From NCBI GenBank assembly GCA_963699295.1, contig OY969432.1:3531001-3595000 (forward strand): a stretch of 64,000 bases of DNA. Reading direction: 5' to 3'. The stretch's first letter is position 1, and each line of letters starts with the position of its first letter. This document shows, in pieces, positions 1 through 9,647 of the stretch. The position numbers and the translations under genes are program-made. The notes beneath the pieces were generated by a model, which worked only from the letters and a program-made list of their open reading frames with translations, was not told where the DNA came from and did no database searches. This DNA is from an uncultured Alphaproteobacteria bacterium (GTDB taxonomy: Bacteria; Pseudomonadota; Alphaproteobacteria; Rhizobiales; Devosiaceae).

Positions 1-2
1 AT

Positions 3-410
3 TCGCAGGCCCTCTATGGGGCCTGGCTTGCCGGCGTTTGCCTTGGCGCTGTCGGCATGGCCATCCACCACAAGATCTGTCACACGCTGGGCGGCACGTT
101 CAACCTGAACCATGCCGACATCCATGCGCTGATGATCCCCTACACGTCGGCCTATAATCGCGACGCTGCGCCAGAGGCAATGGCCGCCATTGCGCGGGCT
201 CTGGGCACGGATGATGGCCCGGTGGGCATTTATGAGCTTACGCAGCGCGCAGCGAGCAAGCGCTCGCTGGCGGAGATGGGGCTGAGGGAAGCCGACCTCG
301 ATACGGCTGCCGACATTGCGCTGCAAAATCCCTATTACAATCCGCGGCCGGTTACCCGCGAGGGCGTGCGCGACATGCTCCAGGCGGCGTTCGAAGGCCG
401 GGCACCCTGA
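3..410 (+). CDS. maleylacetate reductase-like iron-containing (group III) alcohol dehydrogenase family protein, C-terminal part; 5' end outside window
   Basis: Reading frame is open to the window edge. The tail HHKICHTLGGTFNLNHAD...NPYYNPRP looks like Fe-ADH-fold maleylacetate reductases. The pathway partner hydroxyquinol 1,2-dioxygenase lies at 9644-10501. Confidence 0.7.
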   Translation, partial: SQALYGAWLAGVCLGAVGMAIHHKICHTLGGTFNLNHADIHALMIPYTSAYNRDAAPEAMAAIARALGTDDGPVGIYELTQRAASKRSLAEMGLREADLDTAADIALQNPYYNPRPVTREGVRDMLQAAFEGRAP

Positions 411-416
411 GCCGAC

Positions 417-722
417 ATGCCTTATTTCTGTGTCCATGCGATAGACAATCCAAACCGCAGTGAGGACCGCCTGCGTTTGCGCGAGAGCCATCGCGCCAGG
501 CTGCGCCAGCACGATCACCCCGTAGCGGTGCGCATTGGCGGCCCGCTCCTTGATGACAACGGTGCGATGATCGGCTCGATGCTGCTGATCGAGGCCGAGG
601 ATCGCGCGGCGGTCGAAAACTATCTCGCCGGCGATCCCTATGTCGCCCATGGGCTGTTCGCCACGACCACCGTCACTGGGTTCAACTGGGGCCTGGGTCA
701 GCCGGAGGCTGCAAATGGCTGA
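417..722 (+). CDS. YciI-like (YCII domain) small protein
   Basis: 101 aa with a YCII-like pattern (MPYFCVH..., ...GDPYVAHGLF...V.GF). The stop overlaps the next start (ATGGCTGA, 715-722). Confidence 0.65.
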   Translation: MPYFCVHAIDNPNRSEDRLRLRESHRARLRQHDHPVAVRIGGPLLDDNGAMIGSMLLIEAEDRAAVENYLAGDPYVAHGLFATTTVTGFNWGLGQPEAANG

Positions 723-1125
723 CGCTCTCAGCAAGCCCGATCCATGGTTGTGGCGGACGCGTCCGCGCGCGCCCATGCCCGGCACTGTGCTGGCGCCACT
801 GGAGGAGTTGACTAATGGCGAGGCGCGCGAATTCATCTTTGGTCGCGGCACCACGGTCTTTTCGATGTTCGTGGTGCGACGCGACGACCAGGTTTTCGGC
901 TATCTCAACATCTGCCCGCACTACTCCTCGCCACTAAATCACCGGGCGGGGCGCTTTCTTAACGACGACGGAACGCGTATCCGCTGCACCATGCACTTTG
1001 CCGAATTCCGGATCGAAGATGGCTTTGGTGTTGCGGGCGCAGCTACCAATTGCTGGCTCGATCCGGTGCCCGTACACATCAAGGACGGCAATATCGTCAT
1101 ATCGGGCCCAGGAGACATTTCGTGA
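715..1125 (+). CDS. small soluble Rieske [2Fe-2S] protein
   Basis: Rieske ligand motif CPHYSS...(x)...CTMHFAEF. Start set at ATG 715 (MADALSK), which overlaps the yciI-like stop. The stop overlaps the next start (GTGA, 1122-1125). Confidence 0.8.
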   Translation: MADALSKPDPWLWRTRPRAPMPGTVLAPLEELTNGEAREFIFGRGTTVFSMFVVRRDDQVFGYLNICPHYSSPLNHRAGRFLNDDGTRIRCTMHFAEFRIEDGFGVAGAATNCWLDPVPVHIKDGNIVISGPGDIS

Positions 1126-2108
1126 GCACAGAGCTTTCCATCACGGCCCGCCCCGATATCGAGGTCAGTATCCGCGAGGCCTTCGGGATTGACGTTGATG
1201 GCACCGTGCCCGGGTTCAGCGCGCGGACCGAGCATGTGCCGGCGATCGATCCGAGCTACCGGTTCGATCCGGCAACGACCATGGCGATCCTGGCCGGGTT
1301 CGACGGCAATCTGCGCGTCCTCTTGCAGGGGCGGCATGGCACCGGCAAGTCGAGCCATATCGAGCAGGTGGCGGCGCGGCTCAACTGGCCCTGCGTGAGG
1401 CTTAATCTCGACAGCCATGTCAGCCGCATCGACCTGATTGGCAAGGATGCCATCGTGCTGCGCGATGGCAAGCAGGTAACGGAATATCGCGAGGGTCTGC
1501 TGCCCTGGTGCTATCAGCGCCCGGTGGCACTGGTGCTCGACGAATATGATGCCGGGCGTCCCGACGTCATGTTCGTCATCCAGCGGGTGCTGGAGGCCGA
1601 AGGCAAGCTGACCATCATGGACCAGAACCGGGTAATCCCGCCCAACCCCTATTTCCGTTTGTTCGCGACGGCCAATACGGTGGGCCTGGGGGACGTAACC
1701 GGGCTCTATCACGGTACTCATCAGCTCAATCAGGCCCAGCTCGACCGCTGGAACATCATCGCCCGCCTCGATTATCTTGATGAACAGGCGGAAATGGAAG
1801 TGGTGCTGAGCAAGGTGCCGTGGATGGCCGAAGAAAGGCGCGGCGACCTGCTGATGCAGATGGTGCGCCTCGCCAATCTGACGCGCACCGGATTTGCCGC
1901 CGGCGATGTTTCAGTGGTGATGTCGCCGCGTACCGTGATTTCCTGGTCGCAGAACTACCGCGTCTTCGGCAATCTCGATTTCGCCTTCCACACCTCGTTC
2001 CTCAACCGGTGCGACGAGGCCGAGCGGCCGATCTATGGCGAATATTATCAGCGCAGCTTCGGTCGCGAACCGGAGACGGCGCCGCCAGTCGAGTGGCAGC
2101 GGGTCTGA
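1122..2108 (+). CDS. cobS: CobS-family AAA+ ATPase (aerobic cobaltochelatase small subunit family)
   Basis: 328 aa with Walker A GRHGTGKSSH. The long block HIEQVAARLNWPCVRLNLDSHVSRIDLIGKDAIV...DEYDAGRPDVMFVIQRVLE...FRLFATANTVGLGD..GLYHGT matches my recollection of alphaproteobacterial CobS very closely. GTG start is preceded by GGAGAC. Confidence 0.8.
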   Translation: MSTELSITARPDIEVSIREAFGIDVDGTVPGFSARTEHVPAIDPSYRFDPATTMAILAGFDGNLRVLLQGRHGTGKSSHIEQVAARLNWPCVRLNLDSHVSRIDLIGKDAIVLRDGKQVTEYREGLLPWCYQRPVALVLDEYDAGRPDVMFVIQRVLEAEGKLTIMDQNRVIPPNPYFRLFATANTVGLGDVTGLYHGTHQLNQAQLDRWNIIARLDYLDEQAEMEVVLSKVPWMAEERRGDLLMQMVRLANLTRTGFAAGDVSVVMSPRTVISWSQNYRVFGNLDFAFHTSFLNRCDEAERPIYGEYYQRSFGREPETAPPVEWQRV

Positions 2109-3044
2109 TCAGAACCGGCTCGCCACAAAGGATGCCGCTTTTCTTACGGCGTCCAGCATGGCAGCGGTGGTGACACTGACCTGCTCATTGCTGCGCATGG
2201 TAATGCCAACAGGGCCATGCGTGGCACTGGTGTCGAAGGCCAGGGCCGCCAACTGGCCCATATCGAGGTCGCGGGCCACGACGCTGCGCGATATGGCCCA
2301 GATCGCATCGTTTTCCAAGGCATAGGCGCGGGCGAAGCTGTTTGAGACAGTTTCGATCTCGTTCTTCAGGCTGCCCACGCCGGCGCTGATGAAGAGGCTG
2401 TCGACGATGGGTCGAATGATGGCATTGGCGGGCGGCAGGAGCACCGGATAGGGCTCGATGTCGCGCACGTTCAGCACGCATTTGCCCGCCAGCGGATGGC
2501 TCGGCCGCACAGCAAAGGTGAGTTGCTCCGAATAAAGATGCTCGAACACCAGCCCGTTCATGACCTCGGGGCTGGCGAGCCTGCCGACGCTGAAATCGAG
2601 CTTGCTGTCCCGCAGCATGGCCAGAAGATGGGTGCTGGGGCCGCTTTCGATATGGACGCGGCAGGCCAGCGGCCCGTTCGTGAACAGGGCAACGGCACGC
2701 GGGACCACTTCGACTTCGACCGTGGGTAGCGCGCCCACCCGGACCACGGTCTGGCTGACCTTATGCAGGTCGAGACTTTCAATGCCTTCCCGCAGTGCGG
2801 CCGCAGCGGTCATGGCGTGGCGCCCGAAAATTTCACCCTGTCGCGTCAGCACCAACCTTCGACCGCTGCGGTCGAACAGGGCTGTCGACAACAGTTCCTC
2901 AAGTTCCGCGATCGATTTTGAAACAGCCGGCTGGCTGAGGCCGAGCGCCTGGCTGGCGGCCACCACACCGCCTTGGCGGGTAACTTCAAGGAAACAGCTC
3001 ACATGGCGTAGCTTTATGCGGGGATCGAGCAAGCTGCCGGCCAT
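2109..3044 (-). CDS. LysR-family transcriptional regulator (PcaQ-like N-terminus)
   Basis: N-terminal wHTH IKLRHVSCFLEVTRQGGVVAASQALGLSQPAVSKSIAELE followed by a LysR substrate-binding domain. Its stop codon abuts the cobS stop (convergent, 0 nt gap). Confidence 0.9.
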   Translation of the reverse strand: MAGSLLDPRIKLRHVSCFLEVTRQGGVVAASQALGLSQPAVSKSIAELEELLSTALFDRSGRRLVLTRQGEIFGRHAMTAAAALREGIESLDLHKVSQTVVRVGALPTVEVEVVPRAVALFTNGPLACRVHIESGPSTHLLAMLRDSKLDFSVGRLASPEVMNGLVFEHLYSEQLTFAVRPSHPLAGKCVLNVRDIEPYPVLLPPANAIIRPIVDSLFISAGVGSLKNEIETVSNSFARAYALENDAIWAISRSVVARDLDMGQLAALAFDTSATHGPVGITMRSNEQVSVTTAAMLDAVRKAASFVASRF

Positions 3045-3898
3045 TATATGCTCCTAGGTTATATGATTGCGCGAAATTTTCATTTTACGGGGGGTTTTGA
3101 CGCCCAATATAAACATGTTGGCTATAGCAAAGAAATACGACCTATGAGTAAGTTTGTGCCGCCAAGCAAACTGGCGAGTGGGAATCAGCACTTCGAACGC
3201 TTTACCAATCTGATCCCATGAGACCATCCGCCAACACTTCAAGGACCAGGCCTTGTTGCCCATGGCATGATCGAAAATGCGTATACGCGCGACATGAAAC
3301 CGTCGAGCAGGGTCGCTGACGTGGTTTCGGTGATTAGGGGGAGGCGCGCACCATCTTATACTTTTGGCCACTACCAGCGAGATAGCGCTGCGTATCTAGA
3401 TTAGACAGGATTTCATCCGATCGCGAGTTACTGTTCGCGACTAGGGATGCGGACAATGTCTTGAGCGGGTGAGGGGCTCTGACTTGACTGATTATACCCC
3501 GAGAAAGAGGAGGGCCATCGCTACAGCGTACCGGCTCGACAAGGACAATTCGTGCTTTGTGGGCATCGGTACGACTTCTTCTGCCAGCGTCGGCAGTGTG
3601 CAGCCGTTTGATGACCGCTGTGTGACTGTCCGGAACGCCTGGGTGGGCAGGGGCGGCGCAGCAGCCCTGCTTGGGACAAGCGGAGCGGGTATATCCGACA
3701 CTCCGGCATTGAAGCTTTCGTTGACGCGTGGGGGGGCACGCGCTGGCGACGATGCGTTCGGTGTCGGTCAGGAAACGCAATCGCACTGGAGCGCGGGTGG
3801 GAGAAGTTCTTACGGTCTAACGGGGCCGCTAATTTTTGTCGAACTGCTTTGGAAAACGGCCCCCAAGAGCCGCCAAGGTTGAAAAGTGGGAGAGTAGA

Positions 3899-4807
3899 AT
3901 GCACGTACAACGACCCTTTGGTCTCAAGGACACCCATGGCATGCTGTCGCAGCCAAGCGCGAAGATCCGGGCTTGCAGCGATGGTCGGGACTGGACTTCG
4001 CTTTACGCCTCGGTCCAGCAGGAGATGCCTTTCGAGGGAGTGTTTCCCTCGTCGCGAGACCACCTTTTGGTGTTGCATCGGAATGGTCCGGTGCAGGTGG
4101 AAAATCTTTTCGACCGCCGCATCGGCCGCCGCATGGTGCCGGCCGGCGGTATCCATCTGGTGGGGGCAGGCGAAGATTTCGGCATCAATCTCAGTGCGCC
4201 GATCGAGACCGTCCATGTCTATGTAAGGCGTTCCGTCATCGAGGAAGTGGCGCTCGAGATGGTGGACGGTGACCCCGCCAATATCGAGATTCGCAGCAGC
4301 ATCGTGGATCGCGACCGCGCCCTGCAATCGCTGATCGACGCATCCGCCTCTGCCGTGGAAGACGAAAACCTCGGCTGTTCGATGTTCACTGACTACCTGT
4401 CGCGCGCCATCGCCGCGCAGCTGATCCGCTCCTATTCCAAGGCCAAGCTACGGGGAGGCGGCCGCACTAGCACCAGCACCAGCCTGTCGTCGACGCTGAG
4501 CGAAGCGGTCGACTACATGATGGCCAATATCGATGGCACGGTAAATTTGTCGGACATCGCGCAGGCCACCAACCGCAGCCCGAGCCATGTGGCTCGCATG
4601 TTCCGCACCGAGTTGGGCATGCCGCCACACCGCTATCTGATCACGATGCGCGTCGAGAAGGCCCGTCGCTTGCTCGAAAAGACCAGCATGTCGATCGCCG
4701 AGATCGCCTATGAATGCGGATTTGCCCATCAAGAGCATCTGACGCGGCTGTTCCGCCGCCATTGCGACACGACTCCGGCTGCTTACAGGCGCTCCAAGCG
4801 CAACTGA
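3899..4807 (+). CDS. AraC-family transcriptional regulator
   Basis: C-terminal double HTH (LSDIAQATNRSPSHVARMFR...SIAEIAYECGFAHQEHLTRLFRR). Start is placed at ATG 3899 after GGGAGAG; the ORF could begin at 3836. Confidence 0.85.
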   Translation: MHVQRPFGLKDTHGMLSQPSAKIRACSDGRDWTSLYASVQQEMPFEGVFPSSRDHLLVLHRNGPVQVENLFDRRIGRRMVPAGGIHLVGAGEDFGINLSAPIETVHVYVRRSVIEEVALEMVDGDPANIEIRSSIVDRDRALQSLIDASASAVEDENLGCSMFTDYLSRAIAAQLIRSYSKAKLRGGGRTSTSTSLSSTLSEAVDYMMANIDGTVNLSDIAQATNRSPSHVARMFRTELGMPPHRYLITMRVEKARRLLEKTSMSIAEIAYECGFAHQEHLTRLFRRHCDTTPAAYRRSKRN

Positions 4808-4937
4808 GCCTGATTGTTTCGTGCAAGATCGGCGTGGCGATTTGCAGGATTTTTGCCGCGCCGGTCTATAAAATCCAACAAACAAAAAGACGTTCGGCAA
4901 TCCAGGCCTGGGAACCCGGTTTGGCTACAGGAGGAAA

Positions 4938-6251
4938 ATGATGAGATTTAACAACAAGTTCGCGGCGATAAGTCGTCGTACGCTGCTAGGCGCAAGTTCG
5001 GCCATCGCGCTGGTCGCGGTGGCTCCGGGCGTCCTGGCTCAGGATCAGACCATCAAAATCGGCTACGTCACGCCGCAGACCGGTCCGCTGGCCGGCTTTG
5101 CCGAGGCGGACGAATACGTTATTTCGCAGCTTTCCGAAGCGCTCGGCAGCTCGATCGAGACCGCCGGCGGTGCTGTCAAATTCGAAGTTATCGTCCGTGA
5201 CAGCCAGTCGAACCCCAACCGCGCTGCGGAAGTTGCCCGCCAGCTGATCGTCGATGACGAAGTGCAGCTGATCGTGGTGGCATCCACACCCGAAACCACC
5301 AACCCGGTTTCCGCACAGTGCGAACTCGAGGGTATCCCCTGCATTTCAACCATCGCTCCGTGGCAGCCGTGGTTCATCGAGCGGCAGGCCAATCCGGGCG
5401 ATCCGGCGAGCTGGGAGTCCTTCGACTACACCTACCACTTCTTCTGGGGTCTAGAGGACATCATCGCAACCTACCAGGGCATGTGGAACCAGCTCGATAC
5501 CAACAAGCAGGTTGGTGGTCTGTTCCCGAACGACGCTGACGGCAATGCCTGGGGCGATGCCAACGTCGGTCTTCCGCCGGCCCTAGCCCAGGGCGGTTAC
5601 ACCGTCATCGACACCGGTCGCTTCCAGAACCTGTCGGATGACTTCTCCGCGCAGATCAACTCCTTCAAGGGCGCTGGCACCGATATCGTCACCGGAGTTG
5701 TGATCCCGCCCGACCTGACCACTTTCTGGACCCAGGCCAACCAGCAGGATTTCAAGCCCAAGGTCGTCTCGATCGCCAAGGCCATCCTGTTCCCGGTCGC
5801 CGTCGAGGCCCTTGGTGAGATCGGCCACAACTTGTCCACCGAGGTTTGGTGGTCGCCTTCGCACCCATTCTCGTCGTCGCTCAGCGGCAAGAGCGCAGGA
5901 GAAATTGCTGCGGGCTACACCGAATCCAGTGGCCGTCAGTGGACCCAGCCGATCGGTTTCGTGCATGCCCTGTTCGAAGTTGCCGTCAACTCGATCAAGC
6001 GCGCCGAAGATCCGTTTGATCCGGACTCGCTGGCCGATGCCATCGCCGGGACCAACCTCGACACCGTCGTCGGTCATGTCGAGTTCGGTGCCGAAGGCTT
6101 GCCGCCTGCGGTCGCTGCCAACGTCTCCAAGACTCCGCTGGTCGGCGGTCAGTGGCGCCTCCAGGACGACGGTCGCTTCGATCTCGTGATCGTCGAAAAC
6201 GCTGCCCACCCGGAAATTCCCACGGGCGGCACGATGGAAGCAATCGAGTAG
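4938..6251 (+). CDS. ABC transporter substrate-binding protein, Leu/Ile/Val-binding-protein (type I PBP) family
   Basis: 437 aa with an N-terminal signal peptide (...VAVAPGVLAQ). First gene of a 5-gene Liv-type ABC operon. RBS is AGGAGGA. Confidence 0.8.
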   Translation: MMRFNNKFAAISRRTLLGASSAIALVAVAPGVLAQDQTIKIGYVTPQTGPLAGFAEADEYVISQLSEALGSSIETAGGAVKFEVIVRDSQSNPNRAAEVARQLIVDDEVQLIVVASTPETTNPVSAQCELEGIPCISTIAPWQPWFIERQANPGDPASWESFDYTYHFFWGLEDIIATYQGMWNQLDTNKQVGGLFPNDADGNAWGDANVGLPPALAQGGYTVIDTGRFQNLSDDFSAQINSFKGAGTDIVTGVVIPPDLTTFWTQANQQDFKPKVVSIAKAILFPVAVEALGEIGHNLSTEVWWSPSHPFSSSLSGKSAGEIAAGYTESSGRQWTQPIGFVHALFEVAVNSIKRAEDPFDPDSLADAIAGTNLDTVVGHVEFGAEGLPPAVAANVSKTPLVGGQWRLQDDGRFDLVIVENAAHPEIPTGGTMEAIE

Positions 6252-6255
6252 CAAA

Positions 6256-6984
6256 ATGATCCTCAGACTTGCCGGCGTTTCCAAGCGCTTTGGGGCCGTC
6301 GTTGTGGCGGACAATATCAACCTCGACGTCGCCCAAGGAGAAGCTCTCGGCATCATCGGTGCCAATGGTGCCGGCAAGTCGAGTCTGTTCAACCTGATCA
6401 CCGGTGTCGTTACGCCCGACACCGGTACCATTTCCCTGGCGGGGGCGGACGTTACCAAGGTCTCGCTGCGCAATCGCTGCGTGGCCGGTATCGGGCGCTC
6501 CTTTCAAATCCCCCGGCCCTTCGAGAGCCTCACGGTTTTCGAGAACCTGCTGGTTGCCGCACAATACGGTCGTGACAACGGTGAGATCGGCGCCAACGAA
6601 CTCTGCGGTTCCATCCTGGAGCGCACTGGGCTCTCCCAGCATGCCAATACGCTGGCGGGCAAACTGACGCTGCTCAACCGCAAGCGTCTTGAAATGGCGC
6701 GGGCGCTCGCGACCCAGCCCAATATCGTGCTGCTGGACGAGATAGCCGGTGGCCTGACCGAGGCTGAATGCCACGAGCTTGTGGAGTTCATCCGGCAGGT
6801 CAACCAGGGAGGCGTTACCATCGTGTGGATCGAACACGTCGTACACGCCCTCATGTCGGTCGTCAGCCGGCTGGTCGTGCTCGAATTCGGTCGCAAGATC
6901 GCTGATGGAGAGCCCAATGCGGTCATGGCCGATCCGGCCGTGCGCCGCTCCTATCTTGGTATCGATGACGAGGCCGCGGCATGA
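6256..6984 (+). CDS. ABC transporter ATP-binding protein (LivG-like)
   Basis: Walker A GANGAGKSSLFNLITG; overlaps the next gene by 4 nt. Confidence 0.9.
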   Translation: MILRLAGVSKRFGAVVVADNINLDVAQGEALGIIGANGAGKSSLFNLITGVVTPDTGTISLAGADVTKVSLRNRCVAGIGRSFQIPRPFESLTVFENLLVAAQYGRDNGEIGANELCGSILERTGLSQHANTLAGKLTLLNRKRLEMARALATQPNIVLLDEIAGGLTEAECHELVEFIRQVNQGGVTIVWIEHVVHALMSVVSRLVVLEFGRKIADGEPNAVMADPAVRRSYLGIDDEAAA

Positions 6985-7685
6985 GCCCGTTGCTTCAGAC
7001 CCGTCAGCTCAAGGTTTTTTATGGCGATTTCCAAGCCGTGTTTGGCGTGGACTTCGAAGTCAATGAAGGCGAGACCGTTGCGATCATCGGCGCCAATGGA
7101 GCCGGCAAATCGTCCTTTCTCAAGGCTCTTTCGGGTCTCGTGAAAAGCGATGCCAATTCCATCCTCCTCGATGGCAAGCCCATCGGCGGCACGCCCGCCT
7201 ACGAGATGGTCAAGTCCGGCATCGCCCTGGTGCCGGAAGGGCGCCGGCTTTTCCCCTCCATGTCTGTCGCCGACAATCTGCGCATGGGCGAAAACGGCAA
7301 AAGCGGCGACCGCGGCTGGAACTATGAAACCATCTGCGATCTGTTCCCGATCCTGCGCGAACGGGCCGGTCAGCTTGCGCCGACCCTGTCGGGCGGGCAG
7401 CAGCAGATGGTGGCGATCGGGCGTGCCCTGATCTCCAACCCCCGGGTCCTTCTGTGCGACGAGGTTAGTCTTGGCCTGTCGCCAGCGGCCGTCAAGGACG
7501 TCTATGCCGCCATCGGCGAGATCAAAAAGCGCGGAACCACGATCGTCATCGTGGAGCAGGACCTCAACGCAGCGCTCAGCGCGGCAGACCGCATATATTG
7601 TTTCCTCGAGGGCAAGGTCAGTCTGACTGGCCGTGCGGACGAATTCGATCGTTCGCAGATCCTCGCGGCATACTTCGGAAGCTAG
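6981..7685 (+). CDS. ABC transporter ATP-binding protein (LivF-like)
   Basis: Walker A GANGAGKSS, signature LSGGQQQM, Walker B VLLCDE. Confidence 0.9.
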   Translation: MSPLLQTRQLKVFYGDFQAVFGVDFEVNEGETVAIIGANGAGKSSFLKALSGLVKSDANSILLDGKPIGGTPAYEMVKSGIALVPEGRRLFPSMSVADNLRMGENGKSGDRGWNYETICDLFPILRERAGQLAPTLSGGQQQMVAIGRALISNPRVLLCDEVSLGLSPAAVKDVYAAIGEIKKRGTTIVIVEQDLNAALSAADRIYCFLEGKVSLTGRADEFDRSQILAAYFGS

Positions 7686-7687
7686 GC

Positions 7688-8545
7688 ATGGATATCGTCA
7701 ACACAATCGTCCAGGGCACACTGCTCGGGGGGCTCTATGCCCTGTACGCTGCAGGGCTTTCGCTGATCTTTGGCGTCATGCGCCTCATCAATCTCGCCCA
7801 TGGCGACCTGATCGTGCTTGCAGCCTTCGTGCTGCTGGCGATGGTAACCGCCTTGGGATTACCCCTGCCGATAGCCCTGCTCATTCTCCTGCCGTTTGCC
7901 TTTGCCATGGGCTGGGCGCTGCAGCGCTATCTGCTCAACCGCACGCTCGGTGACGACATTCTCCTGCCGCTTCTGGTGACGTTTGGTTTGCAGATCCTGA
8001 TCCAGAACGGCCTTCTGGTAGCGTTCAGCGCCGACAGCCGCAAGCTCTCGCTAGGGGCTATCGAAACCCAGTCGGTCAACCTGCTGGGCATGTCCATCGG
8101 TGTGGTGCCGCTGATCACATTCCTCGTCGCCATCCTCGTACTGGGCGCATTGAGCTATGTTTTTTACGGCACTGGGCTTGGTCGCAGACTACGGGCAACC
8201 TCGAACTCGACCGAAGTCGTGCAGCTCATGGGCGTCAACCCGCGCATCGTGTTTGCCATCGCGATGGGCATTTCCTTCGTCGTGCTGACGGTCGCCGCCT
8301 TCTTCATGGGGGTGCGCTCCAACTTCGACCCAAGCGTCGGCCCGGCTCGCCTGCTGTACGCCTTCGAGGCGGTGGTAATCGGTGGGCTCGGCAGCCTTTG
8401 GGGCACCCTGGCGGGTGGCGTGATCCTCGGCATAGCCCAGGCCATCGGCGCCCGCATCAACCCCGAATGGCAGATCCTGGCCGGACATCTGGTCTTCCTG
8501 GTGTTCATTATTTTCCGGCCGCGCGGCCTGTTTCCGAAGCAGTAG
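7688..8545 (+). CDS. branched-chain-type ABC permease (LivH-like)
   Basis: Hydrophobic, 285 aa. Start moved to ATG 7688 (MDIVNTIVQG), 2 nt after the upstream stop. Confidence 0.85.
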   Translation: MDIVNTIVQGTLLGGLYALYAAGLSLIFGVMRLINLAHGDLIVLAAFVLLAMVTALGLPLPIALLILLPFAFAMGWALQRYLLNRTLGDDILLPLLVTFGLQILIQNGLLVAFSADSRKLSLGAIETQSVNLLGMSIGVVPLITFLVAILVLGALSYVFYGTGLGRRLRATSNSTEVVQLMGVNPRIVFAIAMGISFVVLTVAAFFMGVRSNFDPSVGPARLLYAFEAVVIGGLGSLWGTLAGGVILGIAQAIGARINPEWQILAGHLVFLVFIIFRPRGLFPKQ

Positions 8546-8549
8546 GACC

Positions 8550-9647
8550 ATGACTGATAGCCTCAACACCGCCACCACGCCGCCAGCCGAAGGTCGCTAT
8601 CGCGTGGGTGTCGCAACGCGGACGTCCCGTGTGTTCGCCATCGTCGCCGTCATCTTGGTCATCGCCCTGGTATTCGCTCCGGCCTTCGCGTCGCGATCGA
8701 TGCTGCAAGATCTCATCCTGGTGTTTCTCTTGGCGTCCCTGGCCCTCTGCTGGAACCTGATGGCGGGCTATGCCGGCCTGATCTCGGTGGGACAGCAGGC
8801 CTTTGTCGGGCTGGGTGGCTACGCACTTTTTGCCCTCATCATCGTGGGCGGTTTTGATCCGCTGCTGTCAATCCCGATTGCCGCGATCATTGTTGCCTTG
8901 CTTTCGATCCCCGTCGGATCGCTGGTCTTCCGGATGCAGGGCGCCTATTTTGCCGTGGTCACCTGGGTTGTGGCCGAGGTCTTCCGGCTGGTTCTGGCCC
9001 AGTGGCGTGAGCTGGGTGGCGGCACCGGCACGTCGCTGCCGCGCTCGGCCACCAATGATATGATCGGCCTCGAATTCGTGGCCGACCTGTTCGGTGTCCG
9101 CTCGGCTGCAGCGCGCGAAATCATCATTTATTGGGCGGCGCTGATCACGGTCGTTCTGGTGGTGGGCGGATGCTACTATGTGCTGCGTTCGCGCATCGGG
9201 CTCGGGCTGCGTGCCATCAAGGATGGCGAAGTGGCGGCCCAAAGCGTTGGCGTCAGCACCACGCGCATCAAGTTCGCGATCTATGTGTTCGCTGCCTTTG
9301 GTGCCGGTCTGGTGGGTGCCATCTACTTCCTGCAGACCTCGCGTATTTCGCCCGACGCGGCTTTCTCGCTGCTCGATTGGACGGCCTACATCATCTTCAT
9401 CGTGGTGATCGGTGGCCTGGCCACAATCGAAGGGCCGATCATCGGCGCCATCATCTTCGTGCTGCTGCGCAATGCTCTGTCCGGCTTCGGACCCTGGTAC
9501 CTGATCGTGCTGGGTGCGCTGGGCATTGCTGTCATGCTGCTGGCGCCCAAGGGAATCTGGGGCAATTTTTCGCAATTCACCGGAGTTCATCTGTTTCCGA
9601 CGCGGCGACGATTCATGATCTCCGACTCCAAGGATACAGATAAATGA
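8550..9647 (+). CDS. branched-chain-type ABC permease (LivM-like)
   Basis: 365 aa multi-TM protein in the operon position typical of LivM. Confidence 0.85.
   Translation: MTDSLNTATTPPAEGRYRVGVATRTSRVFAIVAVILVIALVFAPAFASRSMLQDLILVFLLASLALCWNLMAGYAGLISVGQQAFVGLGGYALFALIIVGGFDPLLSIPIAAIIVALLSIPVGSLVFRMQGAYFAVVTWVVAEVFRLVLAQWRELGGGTGTSLPRSATNDMIGLEFVADLFGVRSAAAREIIIYWAALITVVLVVGGCYYVLRSRIGLGLRAIKDGEVAAQSVGVSTTRIKFAIYVFAAFGAGLVGAIYFLQTSRISPDAAFSLLDWTAYIIFIVVIGGLATIEGPIIGAIIFVLLRNALSGFGPWYLIVLGALGIAVMLLAPKGIWGNFSQFTGVHLFPTRRRFMISDSKDTDK

Noticed and set aside
939-1721. Long antisense ORFs opposite well-supported genes. Examples: 939-1721(-), 5583-6473(-), 9587-10645(-), 10855-11802(+), 11949-13193(+), 17132-18265(-), 30715-32184(-), 32800-34110(-), 41339-42589(+), 57459-59114(+), 59167-60120(+), 61175-62326(+), 63089-63937(+).
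   Set aside because: These are typical mirror ORFs of high-GC DNA. Their composition is Arg/Gly/Ala/Pro/Asp-rich and low in complexity, with no recognisable motifs. In every case the opposite strand encodes a protein with clear family signatures.
3054-3882. ORFs 3054-3371(-), 3334-3786(-), 3469-3882(+) and a 25-codon ORF at 3144-3221 in the LysR/AraC spacer.
   Set aside because: They have no RBS, no recognisable motifs, and odd composition. They are kept only as part of the long-intergenic-region finding.
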